Shown: positions 51,358 to 61,417 of the stretch, one piece after another
Position numbering within the stretch: the stretch's first letter is position 1
How the letters are laid out: each line of letters opens with the position of its first letter
From: an uncultured Chloroflexia bacterium
Lineage (GTDB): Bacteria > Chloroflexota > Limnocylindria > QHBO01
Assembly (NCBI GenBank): GCA_963844415.1
Contig: CAWJOA010000006.1
Coordinates: forward strand, 202,500 to 266,499
Length of the DNA stretch: 64,000 nucleotides
Reading direction: 5' to 3'
Translations under genes and position numbers: made by a program
Notes under the pieces: model-generated
What the model was told of the DNA's origin: nothing
Databases searched by the model: none
What the model saw: the letters and a program-made list of their open reading frames with translations, nothing else

Positions 51358-52681
51358 CTAGTAGACGTAGTTGCCCTTCGCGAACAGCCGGTTGCGGGCC
51401 CGCCGGAACCGCCCGGTCGCGGGGCGACCCGGGGTGGACAGCGCGATGTCGGGCTCGAACAGGGTCGAGACGAAGCGTTCCGCGACGAGCCTGTCGTCGA
51501 ACAGCAGGCCCATCTCCGGGTTGCGATAGAGCGCAAAGGCGTCGAGGTTCAGGGTGCCGACGAGGGCGCGGTCGTCGGAGACGATGACCTTGGCGTGGAC
51601 GACGGCGGGGTATTCCCAGATCTCGACGCCGGCGGCGAGGAGCTCGTCGTAGTGATGCAGGAACGCGCCGTACGTGACGCCGTTCGCATGCGCCTGGTCG
51701 GCGACGATGAGCCGGACGCGGACACCGCGCCGCGCGGCTTCGAGGATCTCGCGGATGACGAGGGCGTCGCCGATGTAGTAGTTCATGATGTCGAGCCGTC
51801 GCTCGGCGGTGCGGATCAGCTCGATGGCCGCATCGGTCAGCGGCAGCCAGCCGCGCGGCCAGTTCATGATCACGTTGACCGCGTGGGGCCCGTCCTCGGT
51901 GACCGGCGGGAAGTAGCCCTCGAGCACACCCTCGCCCTCGGGCAGCCGGCCTCCGTGGTAGGCGAAGCTGGCGAGGAAGATCGCCTGCAGCTGCCGGGTG
52001 ATCGGTCCGGTGAAGCGGATGTAGACGTCGTGGAAGCGCCCGTCGAAGAAGTGGTCCTCGAGCCCCGCGCCACCCATGTATGCCGTGGCCCCGTCGACGA
52101 GGATGAGCTTGCGGTGCTCGACGCGCCCGGTCTGCCGCAGGCGCGGCAGGAGGCGGCGCGAGCCGACCGGCCCGTGCCGATCGGGAGGGATCAGATCGTG
52201 GAGCATGACTTCGACGCCCGCGGCCGCGAGCGAGTTGAACATCCCCTTGGACCCGGTGAAGGCGTGGCTGCCGAGGGCGTCGACGATCATCCGGATGGCG
52301 ACGCCATCTCGCGCCTTCGCCGAGAAGAGCGGCACGAACTGGTCGCCGATCACGCCCGGCTGGAAGCCGTACTGCATGACGTGCACGGAATGCCTGGCGC
52401 GGCCGATGTCCTCGAGCATGCGTGGGTAGAAGACGCGGCCCTCGGGCAGCACTTCGACGTCGGCCGCGGTCGTCGGTGCCCACAGGCGGGCGAGGTCCGC
52501 GTGCTGCGGGCCGGGCTCCGCCAGCGCGCGACGCGCGTACTCCAATCGCGTCGCCGACCTCGATCGGCCCCGAAACGGCCGTTGACGGTATGCGGCGCCC
52601 GACGCGCAGCACGAACCACCACGCCGCGACGCCCAGCGCCGCGAGCACCCCCGCCAGTGGTCCGAGAATCTGCCAGCTCAT
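51358..52681 (-). CDS. Cardiolipin synthase-like phospholipase D (frameshift near 52543)
   Basis: Two HKD motifs (HRKLILVD, HAKVIVSD); N-terminal TM helix MSWQILGPLAGVLAALGVAAWWF in another frame. Confidence 0.88.
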
Positions 52682-53880
52682 CGCGAGCCTGCGGCCGAGG
52701 GCGGCGCGGCCGGGGAGCCCCGCGGCGCGGCCGGATCGGCGGCGATCGGCGCCAGCTCCGGCTCGCCACCGGTGATGCGCAGCAGGTACGCGACCGTCTG
52801 GCGTCCCGCGGCGGTGAGCGGGAGCGCGAGGATGGCGCCCATGATGCCGGCGAGGGCCGAGCCGATGACGAGGGCCGGCAGGATGATCGCCGGGTGGAGG
52901 TCGAGCACGTGGCCCTGGACCTTTGGCTGGACCACCGCCCCGTCGATCTGCTCGATGATGACGAACAGCACGCCGACGGCGATCACTCCCGGCAGGCCGG
53001 CGATCACCGCGGTGATGACGAGGATCGGGATGAGGGCGAGGATCGGCCCGATGATCGGGATGAGCTCCGAGAGGGCCAGCGTGAAGGCGAACAGCAGCGC
53101 GTAGTCGCCGATGTCGGGGTCGATGAGGATCCCGAACAGATAGAAGCCGATCACGAACGGGACGAAGACGATTCCCGCGATGATCGCCGTCCCGCGCGCC
53201 CACGCGCCGAAGACGTCGCCGAGGATCTTGAGGATGGCGAACACCGAGGCGCGGAAGGAGCCCGGGACGGCCGCGCGCAGGCCGCTCAGGAGCCTCGGGC
53301 TGTCGGACAGCGCGTAGAAGATGAAGAACGGGATTCCGGCCCAGGCCACGACGAGTGCAACGAACCCACCCACGCCCGACACGACGAAGCCGAACACGCC
53401 GGCCAGGACGTCCGGGATCGCGGCGGGGAGGGTCTCGACCCACGCCGCCATGGCCGCCTCGATGTTCTCCGGCAAACCGAGGCTCAGCACGAACTCGCTG
53501 ACCGCGCTGGCGATCTCCGGCAGGCTGTCGATGAGCGTGGACAGCTGGTCGACGAGGGCGTCGAGGATCAAGTAGACGAACGCGGCGACGGCAGCGATCA
53601 GCGCGAGGATGGCGATCAGCGTGCCGCCCCAGCGTGGAATGCCCGCGCGCTGGAGCCGGTCCACGAGCCCGTTCAGCAGGAAGATGAGGACGAGCCCGAT
53701 GATGTACGGCGCCAGCGCCTCCTGGGTGAGGACGACCAGCACCGCCAGCCCGACGAGGACGCCGCCGAAGATCAGCGCGTGCCAGGTCGGGGGAAATTCG
53801 ACGCGCTTCGGCGGGGCCGGCGTGGCGGCGGGAGCGCTCGGTGCAGGTGATGAATCCAGCGCTCGGACCTCCGAATCCAC
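52678..53880 (-). CDS. AI-2E family transporter
   Basis: LIP.IGP, EQ.DG.VVQP.V.G..L.LHP and G..GAILALP motifs; multi-TM. Confidence 0.9.
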   Translation of the reverse strand: MDSEVRALDSSPAPSAPAATPAPPKRVEFPPTWHALIFGGVLVGLAVLVVLTQEALAPYIIGLVLIFLLNGLVDRLQRAGIPRWGGTLIAILALIAAVAAFVYLILDALVDQLSTLIDSLPEIASAVSEFVLSLGLPENIEAAMAAWVETLPAAIPDVLAGVFGFVVSGVGGFVALVVAWAGIPFFIFYALSDSPRLLSGLRAAVPGSFRASVFAILKILGDVFGAWARGTAIIAGIVFVPFVIGFYLFGILIDPDIGDYALLFAFTLALSELIPIIGPILALIPILVITAVIAGLPGVIAVGVLFVIIEQIDGAVVQPKVQGHVLDLHPAIILPALVIGSALAGIMGAILALPLTAAGRQTVAYLLRITGGEPELAPIAADPAAPRGSPAAPPSAAGSR

Positions 53881-53981
53881 GTTCGCGACCGTAGTATAGG
53901 CACCGCCCGCTCCCCCGGCGGGCGCATGCCGGTGCACGGGCATCCGCTGACGCAGACGGCATCGGACGGAGGAGGCGGCTC

Positions 53982-54755
53982 TTGACCGATCGGGTGACCT
54001 ACCTCGGCCACGCGACCGTCCTGCTCGAGATCGCCAGCCAGCGGATCCTGACCGATCCGATCCTTGCTGGCCGCGTCGCCTTCATCCAGCGCCTGCCGGG
54101 CCGCGCGCCCGCACTTTCATCCCAACCGGATGTCGTGCTCATCTCGCACGGCCACCAGGATCACCTCCATCGCGCGTCCCTGCGCCTGGTCGCGGCGGAC
54201 GTGCGGGTCGTCGCGCCCAAGGGGCTCGGCGCGCTGATTCGGGGCTGGGGATTCGAACGAGTCGAGGAGCTCGCCGTGGACGCGACGACGACGGTCGGGG
54301 CCGTGACGATCACCGCCGTGTATGCCGACCATTCCGGCTTCCGCCCGCCGTCCGGCCCCCGCGCCGAGGCGATCGGATTCGTCGTGACCGGCGCGGGACG
54401 CACGGTCTACTTCGCCGGCGACACCGATCTCTACCCCGAGATGGCCGACATCGGCCGCGCGGGGGTCGACGTGGCGCTCCTGCCGGTATGGGGCTGGGGC
54501 CCGCGGCTCGGCCCTGGCCACCTCGACCCCGAGCGCGCCGCGCAGGCCGTCGAGCTGTTGCGGCCGACCGTGGCGATCCCGATCCACTGGGGCACGCTGT
54601 GGCCGATCGCGATGCACTGGCGGCGCCACCACCTCACCGAGCCGCCGGTGCGCCTGGCCGATGCGGTGGCCGCGCTCGACGTTGCCACCCGGGTCGTGAT
54701 CCTGGCGCCGGGCCAGGCCCTCGACCTGCCGGCGATGCACGGAGGTGCCGCCTGA
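53982..54755 (+). CDS. MBL-fold metallo-hydrolase (Lactamase_B_2 / NAPE-PLD-like)
   Basis: TYLGHATVL, LTDP, SHGHQDH, YFAGDT, ALLPV and IPIHWGT motifs; GGAGG before TTG. Confidence 0.88.
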   Translation: MTDRVTYLGHATVLLEIASQRILTDPILAGRVAFIQRLPGRAPALSSQPDVVLISHGHQDHLHRASLRLVAADVRVVAPKGLGALIRGWGFERVEELAVDATTTVGAVTITAVYADHSGFRPPSGPRAEAIGFVVTGAGRTVYFAGDTDLYPEMADIGRAGVDVALLPVWGWGPRLGPGHLDPERAAQAVELLRPTVAIPIHWGTLWPIAMHWRRHHLTEPPVRLADAVAALDVATRVVILAPGQALDLPAMHGGAA

Positions 54756-56860
54756 TGCTCGCCCGCATCGGTCGCCTCTACCGCGCGCAGTGGCACGCCC
54801 TCGGCGGCCTCTCGACGAGCATTTCCGGCCTCATCTTCCGGGTCCTGCTGTCGGTCGTGGCGTCCGCGATCGCCTTCGGGATCGCGACGTGGCTGACGCC
54901 GGGCGTGAGCGAGGCGACCGACCCGAGCGTGCTCGCGGCGGTCGTGCTTCTCGGCATGATCGACGTCGCCCTGCGCCCGTTGCTGCTCGCGGTCGCGCTG
55001 CCGATCGGCCTGATCGCGGTCGGCATCCTCGGGCTGCTGTTCCGGATCGTCATCTTCGCCTTCGTCCTGCCGGCCACCGGCTACCAGGTCGACAGCTTCA
55101 TCTCCACGGTCCTGGCGTCGTTCATCTACGGCGCCGTGCTGACCGCCCTCTCCGGGCTCATCGGCATGTCGGACGAGGACAGCTTCTCCGCGCGCGTCGT
55201 GGCGCAGGTCATCCGCGACGACGTGTCGCCGACGCGCACGGAGGTCCCCGGCGTGCTGATGATCCAGATCGACGGGCTCGCCGCGCCGTTGCTGCGCGCG
55301 CAGGTCCGCGCCGGCAACCTGCCGACGCTGTCGCGCTGGGTCCGCGACGGCAGCCACCGGCTCACGAGCTGGACGGCGCTCCTCCCGTCGCAGACGTCGG
55401 CCAGCCAGGCCGGCCTGCTGCTTGGCAGCAACGACGGCATCCCCGCCTTCCGCTGGTACGAGAAGAAGGACCGCCGGCTGCTGGTCAGCAACCACTCGGC
55501 CGACGCGCGCGAGATCGAGGCGCGCCTCTCGACCGGCAACGGCCTGCTGGCCGATGGCGGCGCCAGCATCGACAACCTGTTCAGCGGCGACGCGACGATC
55601 ACGCGCTTGACGATGAGCACGGTCGGCAAGAACAACGACCAGGCCGGCGCCACGCGCAGCCTCTACTACTTCCTGCTCAACCCGTACAGCCTCGGCCGCA
55701 TGATCGTGCGGACCCTGGCCGAGGCGGTGAAGGAGGTGTTCCAGGCCCGCCAGCAGGTCAGCCGCGACATCGTTCCGCGCATGCACCGCGGCGGGACGTA
55801 CCCGTTCCTGCGCGCCGCCACGAACGTCGCCCTCCGCGACCTGAACCTCGCCCTCGTCAGCGAGCAGATGCTGCGCGGCACGCCGACGATCTACGTCGAC
55901 TTCCTCGACTACGACGAGATCGCGCACCACTCCGGCCCCGAGCGGATCGAGGCCATTCACGCCCTCGAGGGCATCGACCGCGCGCTCGGCCGTCTCGAGC
56001 GCCTGATCGAGGACTGCCCGCGTCCGTACCGGATCGTGGTCGTCAGCGACCACGGCCAGAGCCAGGGCGCCACGTTCCGCCAGCGCTTCGGCGAGACGAT
56101 CGAGGAGTGGCTGCGCAACCGGATGGCGGCCGCGCCGGTCACCGTCGAGGCAACCGCTCCGACCGAGCAGTGGGGGCAGATGTCGGCGGTGCTCACCGAG
56201 GTCAGCGCATCGGACGGCGCCGTTCCGCGGATGGCGCGTCGTGCCCTGAAGGACCAGACCCGCGACGGCATCGTCGAGCTCGGACCGATGAAGGAGCAGC
56301 ACGCCGCCGAGACCGACGCACTGCCGGACCTCGTCCTGTGCGCCTCCGGCAACCTCGCGCTCGTCTACTTCGGGATCGGCGAGGGCCGCCTCTCGCAGGA
56401 GGAGATCGAGGCCGGGCACCCCGGTCTGCTCGACGACCTCGTCGCCCACCCCGGGGTCGGGCTCGTCCTCGTCCGGACCGATGCGAACGGGTCGGTCGTC
56501 CTCGGCAAGGGCGGCAGCTATCGGCTGAGCGACGGGCAGGTGACCGGCCAGGACCCGCTCGCGCCGTACGGCGAGCTGGCGCCGATCCACTTCCGCCGGC
56601 TCGACGAGATCGCCCACGTCGGCGACCTCGCGCTCATCAGCATGCTCGACCCCGACACCGACGAGGTGGCGGCCTTCGAGGAGCTCATCGGCTCACACGG
56701 CGGGCTCGGTGGCTGGCAGACCCAGGCCTCGCTCCTGTATCCGGCCACGTGGAGCGAGCCGGATGGGCCGCTCCACGGCGCGCCGGCCGTGCACCGCCAG
56801 CTGAAGGCCTGGATCGCCGCCGAGCAGGGGTCGTCCGTCAGGCCATCAGGCCCTGGATGA
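54755..56860 (+). CDS. 4-TM phage-holin-family domain fused to alkaline-phosphatase-superfamily phosphodiesterase
   Basis: Four N-terminal TM helices (LRPLL....LP); IQIDG, SQT, YDEIAH, VSDHGQ and GSHGG metal/nucleophile motifs. Confidence 0.85.
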   Translation: MLARIGRLYRAQWHALGGLSTSISGLIFRVLLSVVASAIAFGIATWLTPGVSEATDPSVLAAVVLLGMIDVALRPLLLAVALPIGLIAVGILGLLFRIVIFAFVLPATGYQVDSFISTVLASFIYGAVLTALSGLIGMSDEDSFSARVVAQVIRDDVSPTRTEVPGVLMIQIDGLAAPLLRAQVRAGNLPTLSRWVRDGSHRLTSWTALLPSQTSASQAGLLLGSNDGIPAFRWYEKKDRRLLVSNHSADAREIEARLSTGNGLLADGGASIDNLFSGDATITRLTMSTVGKNNDQAGATRSLYYFLLNPYSLGRMIVRTLAEAVKEVFQARQQVSRDIVPRMHRGGTYPFLRAATNVALRDLNLALVSEQMLRGTPTIYVDFLDYDEIAHHSGPERIEAIHALEGIDRALGRLERLIEDCPRPYRIVVVSDHGQSQGATFRQRFGETIEEWLRNRMAAAPVTVEATAPTEQWGQMSAVLTEVSASDGAVPRMARRALKDQTRDGIVELGPMKEQHAAETDALPDLVLCASGNLALVYFGIGEGRLSQEEIEAGHPGLLDDLVAHPGVGLVLVRTDANGSVVLGKGGSYRLSDGQVTGQDPLAPYGELAPIHFRRLDEIAHVGDLALISMLDPDTDEVAAFEELIGSHGGLGGWQTQASLLYPATWSEPDGPLHGAPAVHRQLKAWIAAEQGSSVRPSGPG

Positions 56861-57488
56861 GGATCCAGGCGCCGACCAGCCCGACGATGATGGCTCCGAC
56901 GATGCCCTCCTCGATCCGGTCGATCGCGGGCTGCGCGCGCTGCGCCAGGGCATCGAACCGCGCTCGCCAGAAGACGTAGAGCAGCATCGGCGACCAGACC
57001 GGTGTCTGCCAGATCGCGAGCATGAGCCCGACGAACGCCAGGCCGGGGACGAAGCCGTCCGTGAGCGTGCCGATGCGATACCCGCCGGCGAGCAGGACGA
57101 GGAGGCGCCCGAACGACTGGATCGCCACCCCGGCGCCGATGCCGGTGGCAGCCAGCACCGGGTGGCGCGACGCCTGGATCGGGAGGTCCTGGCGCCGGCG
57201 GTGGACGACGACCATCGAGATCGCGACGCCGATCATCACGATCCCGAGGACGATGTTGACGCCGGGCGCGACGCCGCGGAACCCGGCCGCCTCGACCCCC
57301 AGCAGCCCGATGACCGACGCCACGGCGAAGACGGCGGTGCTCCCGATCGCGTAGGCCAGGGCCCGTCCCCAGGGGGAATGCGCGCTCGTGAGCATGAGGA
57401 CCGACAGCGCCAGGCGGGTCGGCGAGAAGATCCCGATCGCGCCGATGATGAGCGCGGTCAGCGCCAGCTCCAGCGGCTGCGCGATCAC
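56838..57488 (-). CDS. GAP (DUF2910/SfLAP-like) membrane protein
   Basis: About 6 TM helices with a LysE-superfamily-like layout (SP...ALSVLML). Family call is from overall pattern. Confidence 0.55.
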   Translation of the reverse strand: MIAQPLELALTALIIGAIGIFSPTRLALSVLMLTSAHSPWGRALAYAIGSTAVFAVASVIGLLGVEAAGFRGVAPGVNIVLGIVMIGVAISMVVVHRRRQDLPIQASRHPVLAATGIGAGVAIQSFGRLLVLLAGGYRIGTLTDGFVPGLAFVGLMLAIWQTPVWSPMLLYVFWRARFDALAQRAQPAIDRIEEGIVGAIIVGLVGAWILIQGLMA

Positions 57489-58361
57489 GATGCGTCACCG
57501 ATGCGCTCCGCGGTGATCCGGATCGCGAGCCGCAGCGACGCGCCGGGCGGCAGCAGCAGCGGCGGGTCCGCCTCATCGCTTGCGAGCCGGCGGAGTGGAT
57601 CCGGGCCGTGGGTCTGGGGCTCGACCGCGATGGCATCCAGCCCGGGTGGTGTGGCGACCGCGACGAGGGCGAGCGGGCGCATCGGTCTCGATCGTCAGCA
57701 CCGCGCGGATGCCCGCCTCGGGCCAGGCGAGCTCGACCCGTGGGTCGGTGAGCCCCGACCAGGTGCCATCGAGCCCGTCGGCCGGCGGCGCAAGCGCTCG
57801 CAGGTCGAGATCGCGCGCAACCGGCACCGGCGTCGGCGGTGACGCGGTGTTCGACGCGTAGGCCAGCTCGGCGGGGAGCCGCACCTCGACCGGGCGCCGG
57901 AACCACGGGTGCAGGCCGAGCCCCGCCGGCATCGGTGCCTCCGGATCGAGGTTCACGAGCCGGTACTCCAGCTCGAGCGTCGCCCCGGACAGGCTCGCCG
58001 CCTGGTGGACCTCGAAGGGCCAGGGCCAGGCGTCCGTGGCGTCGCACCGAATCGCCAGCTCGGCGCCGCGCCGGACCCATGGTGCCGACGAGACGAGGCC
58101 GTGGATGGCGGTCCCGTCAGCGAAGTTCGGTGCCAGGTCGACCACCCGCCCCGCGACCTGCGTCGGTCCGGGCGCAACGCGATTGCACCACGGCGCCATC
58201 ACGTAGGCGCCCCAGAAGAACGGCTCGCGGTCGTGCGTGGCGTGGACGGAAGGCGTGCGGAGGAGGTCCGCGCCGAAGGCCCGGATCCGGTGGATGCGCC
58301 CCCCGGCCGCGGGGAGGATGACGACCTCCAGCTCATCGCTGTGGAGGGCGAGCTCCGCCAT
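57485..58361 (-). CDS. Aldose 1-epimerase family protein (frameshift near 57670)
   Basis: M.PW.NR, AIHG, WPWPF and MPAGLG.HPWF; AIAVEPQT in the shifted frame. Confidence 0.82.
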
Positions 58362-59734
58362 CAGGCCAGCGACATCGCGCGGTCCGGTCGCAGGAGGAAC
58401 GGGGCGAGCACGGCGGGGAGATTCGAGAGCGGCAGGACGTCGGGATGCAGCTCGATGCCGAGCGACGCGGACATGAAGTCCCTCCGTCGCTCGACCCGCG
58501 TCCACAGCTCGGGGAACCGTCGCGCCAGCACGTCCCGCAGCGCGCCGTCGGCGAGGACGATCCCGTCCTCGATGTTCGTCGTGAAGTAGTCGGTCCCGGT
58601 CGCCGGGATGACGTCGACCTGGAACGCCATGCCGGAGCGGAGCTCGACGGTCGAGCCGCGGTAGATCGGCGACGCGACCCACTCGTCGAGATGGATCTGG
58701 TGGCCGGGATTCAGGAAGATCCCGAAGAACGGGTCGCCGAGGCGCTCGTCGACGATCGCCTGGAGCGCCGCGCCGGTCTGCCCGACGTGGAGCGCCGCAT
58801 ACCACGCACCGATCGCGGCGAAATACGGGCCGACGAGCCGGTCGACGTAGTCGCGGATCGGCACCGGCAGCTCGGCTGCGTCCTCGACCACGAAGCCGGC
58901 GCGGCACGTCAGCGCGCCCCAGATGCCGAATGCGCTGGTGAACGGGTCGCCGCGCTCGATCGGCCGGTCGCCGGGGCTGAGCAGGCCGAATCGCGCCCGC
59001 GGCCCGGCCGTCAGCATGAGGTGGCACGACAGCGGCCAGCCATTCCAGCCGAGGAGCGACACCGCCTCGCGCTCGGTCATGCCGGGGCGCAGCCCGGCCA
59101 GCAGCGAACGCATGCCGCTCGAGGTGTGGCAGCTGGCCCACTCGAGCGCGGCGATCTGCTCCGGCTCGTTGATGACGCGCAGGCCGTCGGCGGGATCGAT
59201 GAACAGGTCGGTCGCGTTCTCGACCGCGCCGCCGCCGCCCACGAGGTCCCGCAGCTCGTCGAGCAGGTACGCCGGCACGTCGCTCATGCCCGGGCCGGCG
59301 TACGTCTTCCAGCCGACGACGCCGACTCGCGAGCCCGGCCCGATTCCCTCCGAACGGAGGATCTCCGCCAGCGGGAGCGATCGGTCGCGCGGCTGGTTCG
59401 GCAGGCTGAAGTCCTGGAACCGATGACGGCGCAGCGCGACGGGCGCCGCGCCGGCGATGCCCCAGCACTCGTTGCCAACGAGCACGGCGGGATCGTCCTC
59501 CGGCCCGATGACGAGCAGCGCCTCCTCGAAGCGCGGGTCGAACCCGGTGAGGAACGCCGCGTTGGCGCTGTGCTCGCGATCGGCGTAGACCACGACGCGG
59601 TCGTAGCCGCGGGCATCGGCTCGCTCCCGCAGGCCCTCGAGCCGGGACGCGTACACGTCGGCCGGGATGTCCGGCATCCCCGAGGGCATGCCGAAGTCGG
59701 GCAGCGTCACCTCGCGGAGGAGGGGTGTGGTCAT
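58361..59734 (-). CDS. Atypical M24 (aminopeptidase P/creatinase-fold) protein
   Basis: Creatinase-N-like YADREH.AN..FLTGFDPRFEE; LR.IN..EQI, NPGHQIHLDEW, GM.FQVD and NIEDG motifs. Confidence 0.8.
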   Translation of the reverse strand: MTTPLLREVTLPDFGMPSGMPDIPADVYASRLEGLRERADARGYDRVVVYADREHSANAAFLTGFDPRFEEALLVIGPEDDPAVLVGNECWGIAGAAPVALRRHRFQDFSLPNQPRDRSLPLAEILRSEGIGPGSRVGVVGWKTYAGPGMSDVPAYLLDELRDLVGGGGAVENATDLFIDPADGLRVINEPEQIAALEWASCHTSSGMRSLLAGLRPGMTEREAVSLLGWNGWPLSCHLMLTAGPRARFGLLSPGDRPIERGDPFTSAFGIWGALTCRAGFVVEDAAELPVPIRDYVDRLVGPYFAAIGAWYAALHVGQTGAALQAIVDERLGDPFFGIFLNPGHQIHLDEWVASPIYRGSTVELRSGMAFQVDVIPATGTDYFTTNIEDGIVLADGALRDVLARRFPELWTRVERRRDFMSASLGIELHPDVLPLSNLPAVLAPFLLRPDRAMSLA

Positions 59735-61401
59735 CAGCCGGCCCCCGGCTGCCACGGGGTCGGCGCGGTCGCCCCGCGCTCGATGGTCGAGAACGTGTTC
59801 GCGTCGACGTCGATCGGCGCACCCACCTCGCCATCGGGCCAGGTGACGGTCACGGTGGCGGTCTCGTCCTCACCGATCCCGAAGTGGGTCCAGCCAAGCT
59901 GGCCGCCGGCGTGCCCGCCGCCGACGGTCACCTCGCGGCGCATGACCCGCTCGCCGGCGGTGACCTCGACCCACGCGCCGATCGCGTCGCGGTTGGCGCC
60001 GTCATCGGCGAGGAGGACGGCGATCCAGTTGCCCATCGGCTCCGGGTCCTCGGCGCTGCCGCTCCCGACGTTTCGCCACAGGGCGACGTTCGCCTGCCGG
60101 TTCACGACGACGAGGTCGAGCAGTCCGTCGAGGTTCAGGTCGGCCATGCCGGCGCCGCGGGCACGCTCGAAGCTCGTGATGCCGGCCTCCATCCCGCCCT
60201 CGACGAACGTGCCGTCGGCCTGGCCGATCAGCAGGCTGCTCGGATCGCGAGCCGCGTAGTCGGGCTGCGCCTCGACGTTGCCCTTCGCGACGAACAGGTC
60301 GACGTAACCGTCGTTGTTCACGTCCTGGAACTCGGCATGCCAGGCCGTCGACGGCAGCTCGGTGTCGCCCGCGTACGGCTTGCCGGCGTTCGCGTTGCTC
60401 TCGATGGCGATGTCCTCGTAGGTCGGCTGCCCGGGGCCATCGGCCAGCGTCTGGAGCCGGTTGTCCGCCTGGCTGGTGAGATACACCTCGGGATACCCGT
60501 CGCCGGAGAGGTCGTGGCTGGCGATGCCCATGCCCCAGATGCGAACGGCCTGCCAGCCCTCCTCGCGCGTCCAGGCCCGCGGCGCGCCGCCGGGCTCCAT
60601 CCGCCACAGCTGCTCCTGGCCGCCCTGGTAATAGTGGCGGTCGTTCGAGGCGCGCAGGTCGCGACGGCCGGATCGGTCCCAGTCGCTGAAGAGCATCGAC
60701 AGCGTGCACCATCCCGGCGCCAGCTCGATCGCCGATTCGTACGAGGCACCATCGGCGGCCGGGCGGACGAGCTGGTGTTCGTCGCAGACGTACGTGCGCT
60801 CCTCGACCGACGCCGGTACGAGATAGTTCCCGAAGGCCAGGGTCGGCAGGGCTTCGGGAGACTCCCAGGTCGCGCTGAAGGCGGCCGTCCAGGACGAGCC
60901 GCCGTCGTAGCCCCAGAGCTCGTTCGCGCGCTCGAATGCGCAGTCGCCGCGCCCACGCAGCAGGACGTTCTCGCCGAGGCGCAGGACGGCGAGGTCGTCG
61001 ATCCCGTCCCCGTCGACGTCGAGCGGGTAGGCGCCGACGACCTGGTCGAGGTCGGTCTCGCCGCTCGGGACCGGGCTGAACGCGAGCGCCCCGCCGGTTG
61101 GGCTCTCGTTGCGGAAGAGGGCGGCCGGCCGCTCGCCGCCGGCGAGGTACAGGTCCTGCCGCCCGTCGTCGTCGCAGTCGAAGATCGCCACCCCGCCGCC
61201 GACGAAGAACATGAACTCGCCGTCATAGCGGTGCTCGAGGCCGGCGGCAGCGGCCTCGTCGACGAAGTGCGGCGCGGGCAGCGCGCCGGTGAGCGTCGAG
61301 GTCAGCAGGCGAAGCGCCACCGCGGCCGCCCCCACGGCGACGATGCCGGCGCCGATGCCGAGGGCCATCCGCCAACGCCTGCCTGGGGTCACGGGCCGCA
61401 T
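59734..61401 (-). CDS. CRTAC1-family protein (FG-GAP/VCBS repeats + ASPIC/UnbV)
   Basis: Repeated DxDxDG motifs (DCDDDG, DVDGDG, DWDRSG, DLSGDG, DVNNDG, DLNLDG), NRDAIGA, V.V.WPDG; N-terminal anchor. Confidence 0.9.
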   Translation of the reverse strand: MRPVTPGRRWRMALGIGAGIVAVGAAAVALRLLTSTLTGALPAPHFVDEAAAAGLEHRYDGEFMFFVGGGVAIFDCDDDGRQDLYLAGGERPAALFRNESPTGGALAFSPVPSGETDLDQVVGAYPLDVDGDGIDDLAVLRLGENVLLRGRGDCAFERANELWGYDGGSSWTAAFSATWESPEALPTLAFGNYLVPASVEERTYVCDEHQLVRPAADGASYESAIELAPGWCTLSMLFSDWDRSGRRDLRASNDRHYYQGGQEQLWRMEPGGAPRAWTREEGWQAVRIWGMGIASHDLSGDGYPEVYLTSQADNRLQTLADGPGQPTYEDIAIESNANAGKPYAGDTELPSTAWHAEFQDVNNDGYVDLFVAKGNVEAQPDYAARDPSSLLIGQADGTFVEGGMEAGITSFERARGAGMADLNLDGLLDLVVVNRQANVALWRNVGSGSAEDPEPMGNWIAVLLADDGANRDAIGAWVEVTAGERVMRREVTVGGGHAGGQLGWTHFGIGEDETATVTVTWPDGEVGAPIDVDANTFSTIERGATAPTPWQPGAG

Positions 61402-61417
61402 TGAAGCACGGCGGGAC

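Noticed and set aside
54755-55170. Prophage suggested by the holin-like domain
   Set aside because: No integrase, endolysin or structural genes; the domain is fused to a phosphodiesterase.
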